The translations under genes and the position numbers were made by a program. DNA of 64,000 bases, taken from Deltaproteobacteria bacterium. GTDB lineage: Bacteria; Myxococcota_A; JAADFL01. Shown here piece by piece: positions 1 through 9,998 of the stretch (position 1 is its first letter; the number at the start of each line of letters is the position of its first letter). The notes below the pieces were generated by a model. The model saw nothing but the letters and a program-made list of their open reading frames with translations. It was not told the DNA's origin and made no database searches. Location: NCBI GenBank assembly GCA_013152945.1, contig JAADFL010000158.1:399-64398 (forward strand). The letters are read 5' to 3'.

Positions 1-70
1 CATATCAACACATTGTTTTATTGTACCACTTTCTATAATAGCAGACCAAGCCGAATGAGGAAACAGCATC

Positions 71-2446
71 CTATTCGACCAACTTGGGTACCAAGGTCTT
101 TTCGCCCTTTATGGCCCTGAGCACCTCTTCCGCCGTAACAGGAACTTTTTCGAACCTCACTCCTATGGCATCGTACAAGGCATTTAATATTGCCGGGATG
201 GTGGGCATTATAGCTCCCTCGCCGACCTCCTTGGCGCCGAACGGTCCGTTGGGTTCGTTCGTCTCCACTACAACCGTGTTGACACAGGGCATGTCCATTG
301 ATGTAGGAATCTTGTAATCCGCAAGGTTTGCATTCAACACGCGGCCCTTTTCATCGAACTTGACGGCTTCCAGCAATGCCTCGCCCAGGCCCATGCTAAG
401 CGACCCCTGCATCTGTCCTTCCACTGACGTCTTGTTGATTGCCCTTCCACAATCGTGTGCATCGGTCATTCGGTCCACCGATACCCGGCCGGTTTCCATG
501 TCGACCGAAACCTCCACCACCTGAGCGGAACAGCCATAGGCAGGGGACGTCCCCACTGTGGCGCCCTTGTACTTGCCGCCTAAAGGAGGCGGCTTGTACT
601 TGCCTGTTCCGACAATGGTTCCCTTTTCGAGAAACGCCAACCTTGAAGCCTCCCTGAAGGTGAGTGGCCCGTCTTTCGGATTGTCGCTCCATCCCCTGTG
701 TTCCTTGGTATATTTCGTTCTCAAGCCGGCAATATCCAGGTCCCTGCCTTCACGATGCAATATTAATCCGTCTTCTATGGTAAGATCATCGGCCGGGATT
801 CCAAGGATATTTCCAACAACATCAAGGACTTGGGCTCTTACCGATTCAGCCGCCTCCTTGACCGCGTGGCCGCTCATCAATGTCTGTCGTGATGAGTACG
901 CGCCAAGATCCACACCGTAATCAGTATCACCGGACAACACCCGTACAGCATCGAGAGGGATACCCAGGGCTTCGGCTGCAATCATTGCCAGGGCCGTGTC
1001 AGAGCCCTGTCCTATCTCTGCCGAAGCCGTCTCAAGCAAGACCGTGCCTCCATCCTCCTGTAACTTGATCTGTGCTGTGGAATGGAATGTGTCGGAACGG
1101 TATATGGGGTAACCGGCACCGCTCACGAAAAATCCGCAAGACATGCCGATTCCCTTACCCTTCGACAAATTGCCCCTCTTCTCTTTCCAATTCGATCCGT
1201 CCCGGACAGCCTCGATGCATTCTTTCATGCCAAGAGACGACATGTTGAAGTCGTTGCAGGTAACATCCCCTGCCTCCATCATGTTCTTGAGCCTCAATTC
1301 CATCGGATCCATGTCCAGTTCTTCCGCCAATTCATCCATGAGTCTTTCGAACAAGGCCCTGGCCACTACACCCCCATGCCCTCTCTGGGCCCCGGATGCA
1401 GGCTTGTTGGTAACAGCCCGTATTCCATGGTACCTCATGTTGGGAAGCTTGTACGGACCACCAAGCAATGAACCGGCATAATAGACCGTGGCGATTCCAA
1501 AACTGGAATAGGCTCCGCCGTCAAGCAAGGCATGGTGATCCAGGTATAACAACCGGCCCTCCTTGTCCGTGCCGATCTCCATTTGGTGCACGAACTTGTG
1601 GCGGCCCCTGGAGTGCAGGAAAACCTGTTCCCTTGAAAATGTCATCTTGACCGGCTTACCTGTCTTCATGGAAAGGAAACAGGCAGCAAGTTCCAGGGTG
1701 GATGTTCCGGCCTTTGGGCCGAAGCCTCCACCCACGTAAGGTTTCACAACCCTTACCTTGCCTATGGACAGGCCGAGCACCATGGCAACTATTCTTTGCA
1801 CATAATGTACTGATTGAGTCGAGGAATAGAGCGTGAGATTGCCGTGAAGATCGTAGTTTGCAACAACCGCCTGCGGCTCCAGGAAAGCGCCCTCGGTCAT
1901 TTCGTTCTCCATTACGCCGTTTTTTACGACCTGAGCCGCCGCCTTGGCCGCTTCCACGTCACCGAATTCCTGGCTCACCTCGGCACTTACATTGCCGGGA
2001 TATTTTTCGTGTATCTGCACGGCACCTTGTTCCAGGGCCTTGCGCGCATCCAATATCACGGGCAATTCTTCGTAATCGATTTCTACGAGTTCGGCTGCTT
2101 TCAACGCTGTTTCCCTGTCAACTGCTGCGACAGCAGCGATTTCATCCCCAAAGTAGAGCACTTTATCCCGGACGAACATTTTTTCATCGTACCTGGCCGG
2201 GCTGACGCCGAACCACACGTCAGGCGCATCATCTGCAGTGACCACCGCCTCGACGCCCGGCAGTGCCCCGGCCTTTGTAACATCGATTTTATTTATCCTG
2301 GCATGACCAACCGGACTCTGGACCAATGCGCCGTACAACATGCCCGGTAATTTTATATCGTCCGTGTACACGGCTTGACCCGTTACCTTTGCAGCGGCAT
2401 CCAACCTGGGAGGCCTCGTGGAAAGCACCCTGAATCGATTTTCCAT
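71..2446 (-). CDS. Xanthine dehydrogenase family molybdopterin-binding subunit, 4-hydroxybenzoyl-CoA reductase alpha (HcrA)-like
   Basis: 791 aa; KVTGQAVYTDD N-terminus, VGGGFGPK, GAQRGHG, EIGQGS, VEGQMQG and GPFGAKEVGEG Moco motifs; C-terminal half resembles HcrA as I recall it. Confidence 0.9.
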   Translation of the reverse strand: MENRFRVLSTRPPRLDAAAKVTGQAVYTDDIKLPGMLYGALVQSPVGHARINKIDVTKAGALPGVEAVVTADDAPDVWFGVSPARYDEKMFVRDKVLYFGDEIAAVAAVDRETALKAAELVEIDYEELPVILDARKALEQGAVQIHEKYPGNVSAEVSQEFGDVEAAKAAAQVVKNGVMENEMTEGAFLEPQAVVANYDLHGNLTLYSSTQSVHYVQRIVAMVLGLSIGKVRVVKPYVGGGFGPKAGTSTLELAACFLSMKTGKPVKMTFSREQVFLHSRGRHKFVHQMEIGTDKEGRLLYLDHHALLDGGAYSSFGIATVYYAGSLLGGPYKLPNMRYHGIRAVTNKPASGAQRGHGGVVARALFERLMDELAEELDMDPMELRLKNMMEAGDVTCNDFNMSSLGMKECIEAVRDGSNWKEKRGNLSKGKGIGMSCGFFVSGAGYPIYRSDTFHSTAQIKLQEDGGTVLLETASAEIGQGSDTALAMIAAEALGIPLDAVRVLSGDTDYGVDLGAYSSRQTLMSGHAVKEAAESVRAQVLDVVGNILGIPADDLTIEDGLILHREGRDLDIAGLRTKYTKEHRGWSDNPKDGPLTFREASRLAFLEKGTIVGTGKYKPPPLGGKYKGATVGTSPAYGCSAQVVEVSVDMETGRVSVDRMTDAHDCGRAINKTSVEGQMQGSLSMGLGEALLEAVKFDEKGRVLNANLADYKIPTSMDMPCVNTVVVETNEPNGPFGAKEVGEGAIMPTIPAILNALYDAIGVRFEKVPVTAEEVLRAIKGEKTLVPKLVE

Positions 2447-2448
2447 TG

Positions 2449-2958
2449 TTATGCCCTCCTCTTGTCCGCAGTGTTCCCGGTCTTACCCGTGCCCATCTTT
2501 TCGGCAGCGTCAAGAACAGCCTCCACTATTTTCTGGTATCCCGTGCAACGGCAAAGGTTGCCGGAAAGGGCTTGTCTCACCTCTTCTTCCGTAGGCTTTG
2601 GATTGCTTTGGAGCAGGCTGACGGCGGAAATGACCATTCCGGGCGTACAGAAACCGCACTGTATCGCGCCCAAGTCCACGAAGGATTGCTGGACAGGATG
2701 AAGTCGGTCGTGATCCGCCGCCACGCCCTCGATGGTAGTGACTTCCCTCCCATTTGCCTGTAAAGCCAGAACCAGGCACGAATTTACAGGCTGGCCGTCA
2801 AGAAGGACCGTACATGCGCCGCAATCGCCTTCTCCGCATCCATGCTTGGTTCCAGTCAGTCCCAGGTCTTCCCTAAGTACATCCAGCAATGTTTCGGTCG
2901 GTTCAACTGCGATTTGGCGTTGAACCCTGTTTACGGTCAGTTCCAGCAATTTTTTCAA
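2449..2958 (-). CDS. 2x[2Fe-2S] subunit of XDH/CoxS family
   Basis: GCGEGDCGACTV, NSCL, QCGFCTPG, GNLCRCTGY. Confidence 0.95.
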   Translation of the reverse strand: MKKLLELTVNRVQRQIAVEPTETLLDVLREDLGLTGTKHGCGEGDCGACTVLLDGQPVNSCLVLALQANGREVTTIEGVAADHDRLHPVQQSFVDLGAIQCGFCTPGMVISAVSLLQSNPKPTEEEVRQALSGNLCRCTGYQKIVEAVLDAAEKMGTGKTGNTADKRRA

Positions 2959-3836
2959 AATTCGCCTCCCCGGGCTCTTTCAAAAGCAGAACGTAGTGCG
3001 CGCATAGTCAAACTCTGTACGAGCCATTTTCTGAATTGGGAAGTTCCTCTGAAATCGTCTATGGGCTTGCTATCTTCGATTGCAGCAATGGCGGCCTTCT
3101 TGAAAGTCTCCGGGCCGGGTGATTTTCCAATAAGCTGTGAGACCGCCTTTGGCGCAGTCAGGGGAACAGGTCCTACAGCACCGAGGCACAACGACGCATC
3201 CTTGATTTTGCCGTCCAAAGATTCGAGCGTGATCCTGGCAGTCACCGATGTTACGGTGATCTCCGCCGATTTCCTGTTGGTCATTGTAACAAAGGCTGTT
3301 CCGGTATTCGGCGGTAACCGGGGGAACCTTATGGCCCGCAACAGGTCGCTCGACCTCATCACGGTCTTGCCCGGCCCGAGGAAAAACTTATGGCTGGGAA
3401 CCGTCTTGCTCCTATCCTTGCCTATCAGTTCCATTATTCCACCCGCAACTATTGCGGGCGGCGCCGTGTCCGCAGCCGGCCTGGCATTGCAAAGGTTGCC
3501 CCCAAAGGTCGCCCTGTTCCTAACCTGAGGTGTTCCCATCCTGGATGCAGCTTCCTTGAGCGCAGCCAGCCTTGTTTTAACTTCGCTGCTTTTTGCTATT
3601 GCGCTCATTGTTGTCAATGGGCCAATTATCATTTCACCCGCTTCCACCCTGATGCCTTGAAGCTCGCCGATTCTGGCAAGTGAAACAACCAGCGTTGGTT
3701 TCTTCTTACCAAGGTCGATGTCTCTAATCAGGTCCGTTCCTCCGGCAATGGGAATTGCACCATCATTTTCGAACAAGGCATCCAATGCCTCGTCCAGGGT
3801 TTCGGGTTCCAGGAAATCGAAGTTGGCTGCCAGCAT
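2955..3836 (-). CDS. FAD-binding subunit of XDH/CoxM family
   Basis: PIAGGTDL, QVRNRATFGGNLCNARPAADT, PIDDFRGT; start set at MLAANFDF (GGAG upstream); ORF track extends to 3893. Confidence 0.92.
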   Translation of the reverse strand: MLAANFDFLEPETLDEALDALFENDGAIPIAGGTDLIRDIDLGKKKPTLVVSLARIGELQGIRVEAGEMIIGPLTTMSAIAKSSEVKTRLAALKEAASRMGTPQVRNRATFGGNLCNARPAADTAPPAIVAGGIMELIGKDRSKTVPSHKFFLGPGKTVMRSSDLLRAIRFPRLPPNTGTAFVTMTNRKSAEITVTSVTARITLESLDGKIKDASLCLGAVGPVPLTAPKAVSQLIGKSPGPETFKKAAIAAIEDSKPIDDFRGTSQFRKWLVQSLTMRALRSAFERARGGEF

Positions 3837-3955
3837 TTCAATATCTCCTTGTTCCGATGCACGATGAGAGCATATATCTTTTTCAGGTGTCAAGGCGTGA
3901 TATCGGAGCGCTTCGGGCTGGCAATTTTAAAATCAGAGGGCCAAATTGACGCCGA

Positions 3956-5920
3956 TTAGGATCCTTTTCGATATTTCCGGCCGAGAGTTCGTCCGGTGTA
4001 ACTGGACCGTTTTTTCTCTAGCCTTGCAGCAAGCATGAAAAAAGCCGCAACAAGCAAAGTCCAAGATACCTGACCCTGACCGGACACGCTGCAACCGGAA
4101 TCCCTATTTGAGCCGGTCTTGCCTGTGTCGGTGTTGCTGTCCGTATCCAGATCCGTGTCACTGTCCGTATCAGCATCGGTATCTGCGTCTCCCGCAGGAT
4201 AGCCGCCTACGGGCATGTGAGTCCGTGCATTGGGTGAAAGGTGCACATCCCCGGGGACGGTTCGCTCCATGAACCTGCCGATCCAGTAAGTTGCGAGCAG
4301 GTCACCGCCAGGGTTGAGCAGGCGGCCGTTTCCGCCCCCGTTCACCACGAATGGATGGGACCTGGAGTCGAAATTACTCGGCGGCCTGATGCGTGGATCC
4401 AGTGCCTCGCTTGCAAACCACTCTCCGTTTGCATTTTTGCCTATGAGATCAAGCTCTGTCTTCCCGTCCACTGCAATACAGTGCCTGGCTGCGATCTCTT
4501 GTTCGTCGCAGTTGATCCTCTTGTCGTTCCAGTAAGGTCCAAGCGAAAAGCCTTCCAGTAGATGGGCGGTGGCATCTATCAATTCTTGGGTCGTACCCTT
4601 GTCGGTAGAGGTCATGTACAGCATGTTCCACAAGGGTTGCTTTGCCTTGCCGGCCGTGAAGACCTCGCCTTTCTTGTTCCACCAGCCCTTTTCGAGGTAT
4701 TGCCGCAGCACATTGCTCACCTCGGGGTCCTTTTCCACGAATAGTGATATCCACAGGGCCACGCCGACCATGTCCGGGTCGTCGATGTTCGTTTTCATTC
4801 CCATGTACACGTAATCGATGACATTTCTGTCATTGAGAACCTTGTCTAGAAATCCACGGTCGTGCAGGAGATCCTTGTACAGGTACTCTTCTATCACCGG
4901 GTCGCCTGTAACATGAAAGAGTGCTTCAAATACGCCAATCGTGAGCAGCAGGTTGAACCTGTTGAAGCTGGTCTCCATGTACCAGGACTCGAGCGACGCC
5001 GGGTTTAGATCGTGATACTTGGTGGGCCTGCCGTCTGCATCCATTATGATCAGGTCATACATGCCCGGTTTTCCACTGAGCTGGCCCGACTCGATCCACT
5101 TACCAATGTCACGCTTGGTCATCAGGGATGCCGCCACTTCCTCTGCGTCCTGAACAAGCTCGCTCACCAGGGACCGGCTTATATCCGGGTCGTCCTTCAT
5201 TGCCTCGTACAGCACGACCATTGCGAACATCTGGCCTATGAGCTGGTCCTTTGAACAACTGTCGATCCATTCCCACCCGCCTTCGGGCAATGCGCCATTC
5301 GAGTTGTCGGCCCGCAGCACTCCGTTGTTCTTGGGCTCGGGCAAGGGGTTGCCATTCTTGTCGAACAGGGGCACCACATCTTCCTGGTTCATGGGAATTT
5401 CAGGGGCGCCCGGTTCGTCGCTGTTGAGCTTTCTGATGCCCCGGGCAACCACACCGTGGCCGCCGGTCACCACGTAGAAAACGTGGCAGGCCTTGGCCGC
5501 CCTTATGAGTCTTTCCCTGGCCTTTTTGATAACTTTCTCTGGAGCGCCGTCCCTTTTCAGTACCATGTACTCGAAGGCAGTACCAGCCATGGCAACACCA
5601 CCAAAGAAACCCAGGTCTCCGAATTCACCGTACATGGATATCAAGTCGTACGGATGCACACCTGTGACTGCCTCAAAGTCTTCCGATTCTTCCTGGGCCA
5701 AGAACTCTTCTATTTTCTTGCGGGCTTCCATGTCCTTGACGTGGACGTCCAGGGACCAGCCGAACGGCCGGGCGTTCAAGGTATAAAACTGCCGGCTGTG
5801 GCGGGCCATATCAGCGTCAAGGCCGGGATACTTGCCCCTTGGAAAAATAGGCTCTGCACGAGCCTCGACACCTGCAGTGAATGTATAGATCAATAGTAAC
5901 AAACCGACTTTGCCGCGCAT
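3956..5920 (-). CDS. Secreted surface protein with Asp/Thr linker and MYXO-CTERM-like sorting signal
   Basis: N-terminal signal peptide; C-terminus DADTDADTDSDTD...SGCSVSG followed by a hydrophobic helix and LEKKR; function unknown. Confidence 0.75.
   Translation of the reverse strand: MRGKVGLLLLIYTFTAGVEARAEPIFPRGKYPGLDADMARHSRQFYTLNARPFGWSLDVHVKDMEARKKIEEFLAQEESEDFEAVTGVHPYDLISMYGEFGDLGFFGGVAMAGTAFEYMVLKRDGAPEKVIKKARERLIRAAKACHVFYVVTGGHGVVARGIRKLNSDEPGAPEIPMNQEDVVPLFDKNGNPLPEPKNNGVLRADNSNGALPEGGWEWIDSCSKDQLIGQMFAMVVLYEAMKDDPDISRSLVSELVQDAEEVAASLMTKRDIGKWIESGQLSGKPGMYDLIIMDADGRPTKYHDLNPASLESWYMETSFNRFNLLLTIGVFEALFHVTGDPVIEEYLYKDLLHDRGFLDKVLNDRNVIDYVYMGMKTNIDDPDMVGVALWISLFVEKDPEVSNVLRQYLEKGWWNKKGEVFTAGKAKQPLWNMLYMTSTDKGTTQELIDATAHLLEGFSLGPYWNDKRINCDEQEIAARHCIAVDGKTELDLIGKNANGEWFASEALDPRIRPPSNFDSRSHPFVVNGGGNGRLLNPGGDLLATYWIGRFMERTVPGDVHLSPNARTHMPVGGYPAGDADTDADTDSDTDLDTDSNTDTGKTGSNRDSGCSVSGQGQVSWTLLVAAFFMLAARLEKKRSSYTGRTLGRKYRKGS
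4124..4189 (-). repeat. Degenerate (D-x-D-T)n low-complexity coding repeat
   Basis: Encodes DADTDADTDSDTDLDTDSNTDT just before the sorting signal. Confidence 0.85.
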
Positions 5921-6155
5921 GCCGTCAACCCCTTTACGATCGTTGAAGCCTTGTCTCCTTGTACATTAGAGTTACTTTGTTGGCAAATTCCCCTGGCCGG
6001 GAGAACGTGTCCCCTTATTGTTCGAGGCCCATGGATCGAGCAAAAAATTATAATCCTGCAACTGTCAGGTTGACCGATGGCGCCTGAATGCAAACAGAGC
6101 GATAATTACGGGAGAAGAAAGGAACCGGGACAGGCGAATCACACGGAGGGACCTG

Positions 6156-7025
6156 GTGAAAGCAGGAATAAAGGCTTTAATCAACTGGTACACAAAGAAG
6201 AGGCCCCTGTCCGACGATGACGGCCAGGCCGCAGTCGAATCCGCACTCGTTTTACCGCTCATGACATTTCTGGTGCTTGGCACCATACAGATGACCATGA
6301 TGCAACAGGCCAGGATAATGAACGAGTACGCGGCATTCCAGGCATGCCGGGCCGGTATAGTGTGGAACGCGGACCGGGACAAGATGCGAAAGGCGGCTAC
6401 GGTCGCCTTGCTGCCGACCCTGGCCAATACGAGTGATGCCGTCCACCTTGCAAAAACATGGGCCATGTTCGAGGCTGCAGGCACGCTTGGAGATGCGCTT
6501 TCCAAGCTGCTTGGCTTTCTGCCCGGCGGCATTTCTAATGCTGTAAAAATAGTTGATGTAGACATCATGCACCCGACCAAGCAGGAGTTCGACAGCGCTG
6601 GGCCCCTTCCCGGCGGCAAGGAACTGGACTTCGACAAAGTAGACGACGACAAGGCAAGAGACGCAAACAGGCTGCAGATAAGGGTTACTTACCTTTACTG
6701 GATGAAGATACCGTTCGCCAACTGGATAATTCACGATGCATGGATGGCCACTAGGGCGGGTATACGATACTCCGGGCCTGTGGATAAACCCATGAGCAGG
6801 CCGGATCCGAACCATTGGTACAATCCTTCAGGAGGCAGGAACAGGAATGCTACATATGCTGCGGCCCTTGCAAAAGAGGCCATGAGCAAGGACTGGGAGA
6901 GATTGGCAAGGATGACCGCAATAGCATTGCTGGCCACAAAGGCAGGCGTTTACCTGATTCCTTTGGAAAGCACTTATTCCATGAGGATGCAATCAAACGT
7001 TTACAGGGATAACTTGCAGTACTGA
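6156..7025 (+). CDS. TadE-family minor pilin (Tad/Kil pseudopilin)
   Basis: Prepilin motif G|QAAVESALVLP with Glu+5, then EYAAFQACRAG; GGAGG before a GTG start. Confidence 0.88.
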   Translation: MKAGIKALINWYTKKRPLSDDDGQAAVESALVLPLMTFLVLGTIQMTMMQQARIMNEYAAFQACRAGIVWNADRDKMRKAATVALLPTLANTSDAVHLAKTWAMFEAAGTLGDALSKLLGFLPGGISNAVKIVDVDIMHPTKQEFDSAGPLPGGKELDFDKVDDDKARDANRLQIRVTYLYWMKIPFANWIIHDAWMATRAGIRYSGPVDKPMSRPDPNHWYNPSGGRNRNATYAAALAKEAMSKDWERLARMTAIALLATKAGVYLIPLESTYSMRMQSNVYRDNLQY

Positions 7026-7093
7026 AGAAAAAAGGGAGTTGGATTGTTACTCGGATTGCATGAACCATCGGGCACAGGGAAGACCCGGATGCC

Positions 7094-8779
7094 ATGAATA
7101 AGGCGGCAAGACTCAAGAGGAGCCTGCGAAAACGCAACAAGGGCCAGGCCATGGTGCTTGCTGCGGTAAGCATGCTGATCCTGGCTCTCGGCATACTCGT
7201 GACGGTGAACCTTGGCCATGCTGTTCACCAGAGGATCAGGCTGCAGAATGCCGCAGATGCGGGTGCGTACTCGCTTGCAGCAATGGAGGCAAGGACTTTC
7301 AATTACTTTGCCTTCACTAACAGGGCACAGGTGGTGAACTACAATGCCATGATGACATTGAACGCATACATCGCACTGCTGACAAGGGCGGAATCGATGT
7401 TCGGTGTTGCGTCCGACAACATGTACTACATACACACTTATTTATGTTGGTTGTGCAGGGTCGGATGCAAGCCTCCCATAACTACGTTCGGTTGCTGGGC
7501 CTGCCCGTTGAAGAGTGTCGTTGCCGGACTGGGAAATGCTGCCAGGGCTGTTGCAAACGGGTTTGGAGCCATGTTGAACGTGGCGGATCCCGCCCTGGCC
7601 ATGCTTGTCTCTTTGTCCTCCATGGCAAACTATGTGGGTACGTTCACTTCCCAGTACGTCATGGGATCGGCGGTCTTGAGCCACATAGCAGACTCCATGA
7701 AGAGCATAACGAGCAAGGACAGCGAGGAAGTGGATTTCAATGCGTTCCAGATGCTGGTCGGTGCATATAACTACAACGAATACAAAAAGGCCTTTGACCC
7801 GGCAGTGGGCTCCCCTCCGGCCTGGCCGAGAGGCTGGACCCCGCCGGCAAGCGATTCGAATGTGAAAAAAGCAAAGAGGGTCATGGCGGAAATTGTCAAT
7901 GCCACGCGGTATCCTGCAAACCACCTGACATGGCAGACCATTCCGGGTTTCGCCTTCTCTGCTTCATGGATAGGCGGCCAGACAAAGCTTATAGACGAGG
8001 CAAAGTTCAATCCGTCCACGGACTTGAGAGGAAAGTACATCGGCCCCGGCCCGGGCTGGGGGGTAAGGGACACCAGGACAAAGGCCCAGGATGAATCCAA
8101 GCTGAGTCCCGGAGATACGCTGGCAAGCGACTCGTGGTACAGGTTTTCCCTCCCTGCGCCGGGCGGTTTCAATGCAGGAACCATGTATTCCCTGTACGTG
8201 GTTGCGAGTCACGATAAGAACAAGAGGAGACATCTTAGGTGGAAGGCACACACGTTCAACCAGGCAGCTTGTAACTATACCTACGGCATGATACAGGTCG
8301 GTCATTTCGGGCTTGCAAAAGACCCGCATCCAAAGGCAGGTTCGAATGACGATATAGATACGCGCCATGCATTCCAGGGCATAACGCCCTTCATGAAGTT
8401 CGCTGCACTGGCCGATGCAAAGCAGGACTTTCACCAGCCGAGTGCGTACGTGATGCTGAACAAGAAGCCGGAAAAGCTGAAGAGGATCTTTACAAAGAAA
8501 TTTAACTACAGGACAGGCGCAGGCTCTTCAACCAAGGTGGACATGAACATAGGAAGGAAAGGACTCATGGGTACGGGCGCTTTCAAGGGCTTGACGTCCC
8601 TGTCCAGGGCCATGGCGTACTACCACAGGCCGGGTGACTGGCAGGAACAGCCCAATTTTTTCAACCCGTTCTGGCGGGCAAAGCTGGCGCCGCTAGCAAC
8701 AGACAAGGAACTGGCCGGGCTCTTGGGCTCGGTTCCGGGCCTGGGAAACCTGCTGAAAGACAACCTATTGCTCCATTGA
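7094..8779 (+). CDS. Tad-domain (TadG-like) large minor pilin, putative pilus tip protein
   Basis: KG|QAMVLAAVSML hydrophobic helix, RLQNAADAGAYS, C-terminal YYHRPGDWQEQPNFFNPFWRAKL. Confidence 0.85.
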   Translation: MNKAARLKRSLRKRNKGQAMVLAAVSMLILALGILVTVNLGHAVHQRIRLQNAADAGAYSLAAMEARTFNYFAFTNRAQVVNYNAMMTLNAYIALLTRAESMFGVASDNMYYIHTYLCWLCRVGCKPPITTFGCWACPLKSVVAGLGNAARAVANGFGAMLNVADPALAMLVSLSSMANYVGTFTSQYVMGSAVLSHIADSMKSITSKDSEEVDFNAFQMLVGAYNYNEYKKAFDPAVGSPPAWPRGWTPPASDSNVKKAKRVMAEIVNATRYPANHLTWQTIPGFAFSASWIGGQTKLIDEAKFNPSTDLRGKYIGPGPGWGVRDTRTKAQDESKLSPGDTLASDSWYRFSLPAPGGFNAGTMYSLYVVASHDKNKRRHLRWKAHTFNQAACNYTYGMIQVGHFGLAKDPHPKAGSNDDIDTRHAFQGITPFMKFAALADAKQDFHQPSAYVMLNKKPEKLKRIFTKKFNYRTGAGSSTKVDMNIGRKGLMGTGAFKGLTSLSRAMAYYHRPGDWQEQPNFFNPFWRAKLAPLATDKELAGLLGSVPGLGNLLKDNLLLH

Positions 8780-8813
8780 CGGGAAACGGCATGAAAGTGA
8801 CGAGAGAAAGAAA

Positions 8814-9998
8814 ATGAAAAGGCGGCAGGAAAAACAAGAACCCGGTATTGGGCGAATTTTCCCGCCACGGCTCTGTACCGCCGTGTATACAGGAATTGTT
8901 CGCGTATCCAGGCGGTTTTCCTGCAGGGACCATGGTCGATCGAAGGTGCGTGCTCCTTTGGTCCGGGGCAGCGCTGTGACAGAAATGGCCCTTCTCTCGA
9001 TCGTGCTGGTTCCTGCATTGCTTTATGCAGTGTACTTTTTCGATATCATACACGTGATGCTCAAGGTCCAGGAAGCGGCCAGATATGCTGTATGGGAGTT
9101 CACGGGGTATAATCTGCACGATTACAATTCCAGCAAGGGCAAAGGTCACAAGGCAAAGTTCGACTCGGCCAAGTCTGCAATAGAGCAGGATGTAAAAGAT
9201 AGGTTCGCAAACCTGGTCTCAACAGACAAGGAGGCAAAAAGCAAGTCCAAGAAGCTGGCCATAGACTGGAATCTAAGCAAGGTGGACATTTCGTCTTCAA
9301 AGATTCCGGTGGTTTCCAAGAACCTGGCCGACGTGTTTCAAAACAACGGCGGAGGTGCTGGCTTTGGTCAGGTGCTGGACAGATTCAACATGGGAATGAA
9401 CAAAATTCTTCAGGACCAGATGAACTTCAATTCCGGGGGCCAGGTTACAGCCAAGATTACTATTCAGGCCAGGGCTACGATTTTTCCGCAGAGGTACTTG
9501 AGCAGGCAGTGGGGCCTTGCTGATTCTATGCTTCCGAGGAAACTTGCAAGGCTGGATTTCACAGAGGATGTTACGCTTGTGGCGGATTCGTGGAAGCTCT
9601 TCGATGGTTCCAACTATGTGACGGCAGGCAAGGGTAAAGATGATCAGAGCAACAAGACGTACTTCAACCAGCTTAAAAACGTGGCCTTTTTCGGACTCGA
9701 GGCAGGTCTGACAAACCAGATGCAGCAGGCCTTGGCCGTGATGGATACCAACCATATACCAAACCCGTGGACCGTGGTGCTTCGTTCCAGGGCCTACAAG
9801 GGAGGAGACCACAATTCAGGCAGGTTCAAATTCAAATCAGGGTACTATTCCGGCGACATAGACGGAGGTATAGACACATACAACACGAGTCCCATGGAAG
9901 ACGGCCCGGGCCAGAGCGAGTACATGAAGACATTCGACAAGCGGGGTGATTATTACATGGGATGCAAGAGCGCAGGAGAAAAGGAATGCTCCTTTTAA
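8814..9998 (+). CDS. TadE-family minor pilin
   Basis: RG|SAVTEMALLSIVLVP then KVQEAARYAVWE; true start may be downstream of 8814. Confidence 0.82.
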   Translation: MKRRQEKQEPGIGRIFPPRLCTAVYTGIVRVSRRFSCRDHGRSKVRAPLVRGSAVTEMALLSIVLVPALLYAVYFFDIIHVMLKVQEAARYAVWEFTGYNLHDYNSSKGKGHKAKFDSAKSAIEQDVKDRFANLVSTDKEAKSKSKKLAIDWNLSKVDISSSKIPVVSKNLADVFQNNGGGAGFGQVLDRFNMGMNKILQDQMNFNSGGQVTAKITIQARATIFPQRYLSRQWGLADSMLPRKLARLDFTEDVTLVADSWKLFDGSNYVTAGKGKDDQSNKTYFNQLKNVAFFGLEAGLTNQMQQALAVMDTNHIPNPWTVVLRSRAYKGGDHNSGRFKFKSGYYSGDIDGGIDTYNTSPMEDGPGQSEYMKTFDKRGDYYMGCKSAGEKECSF

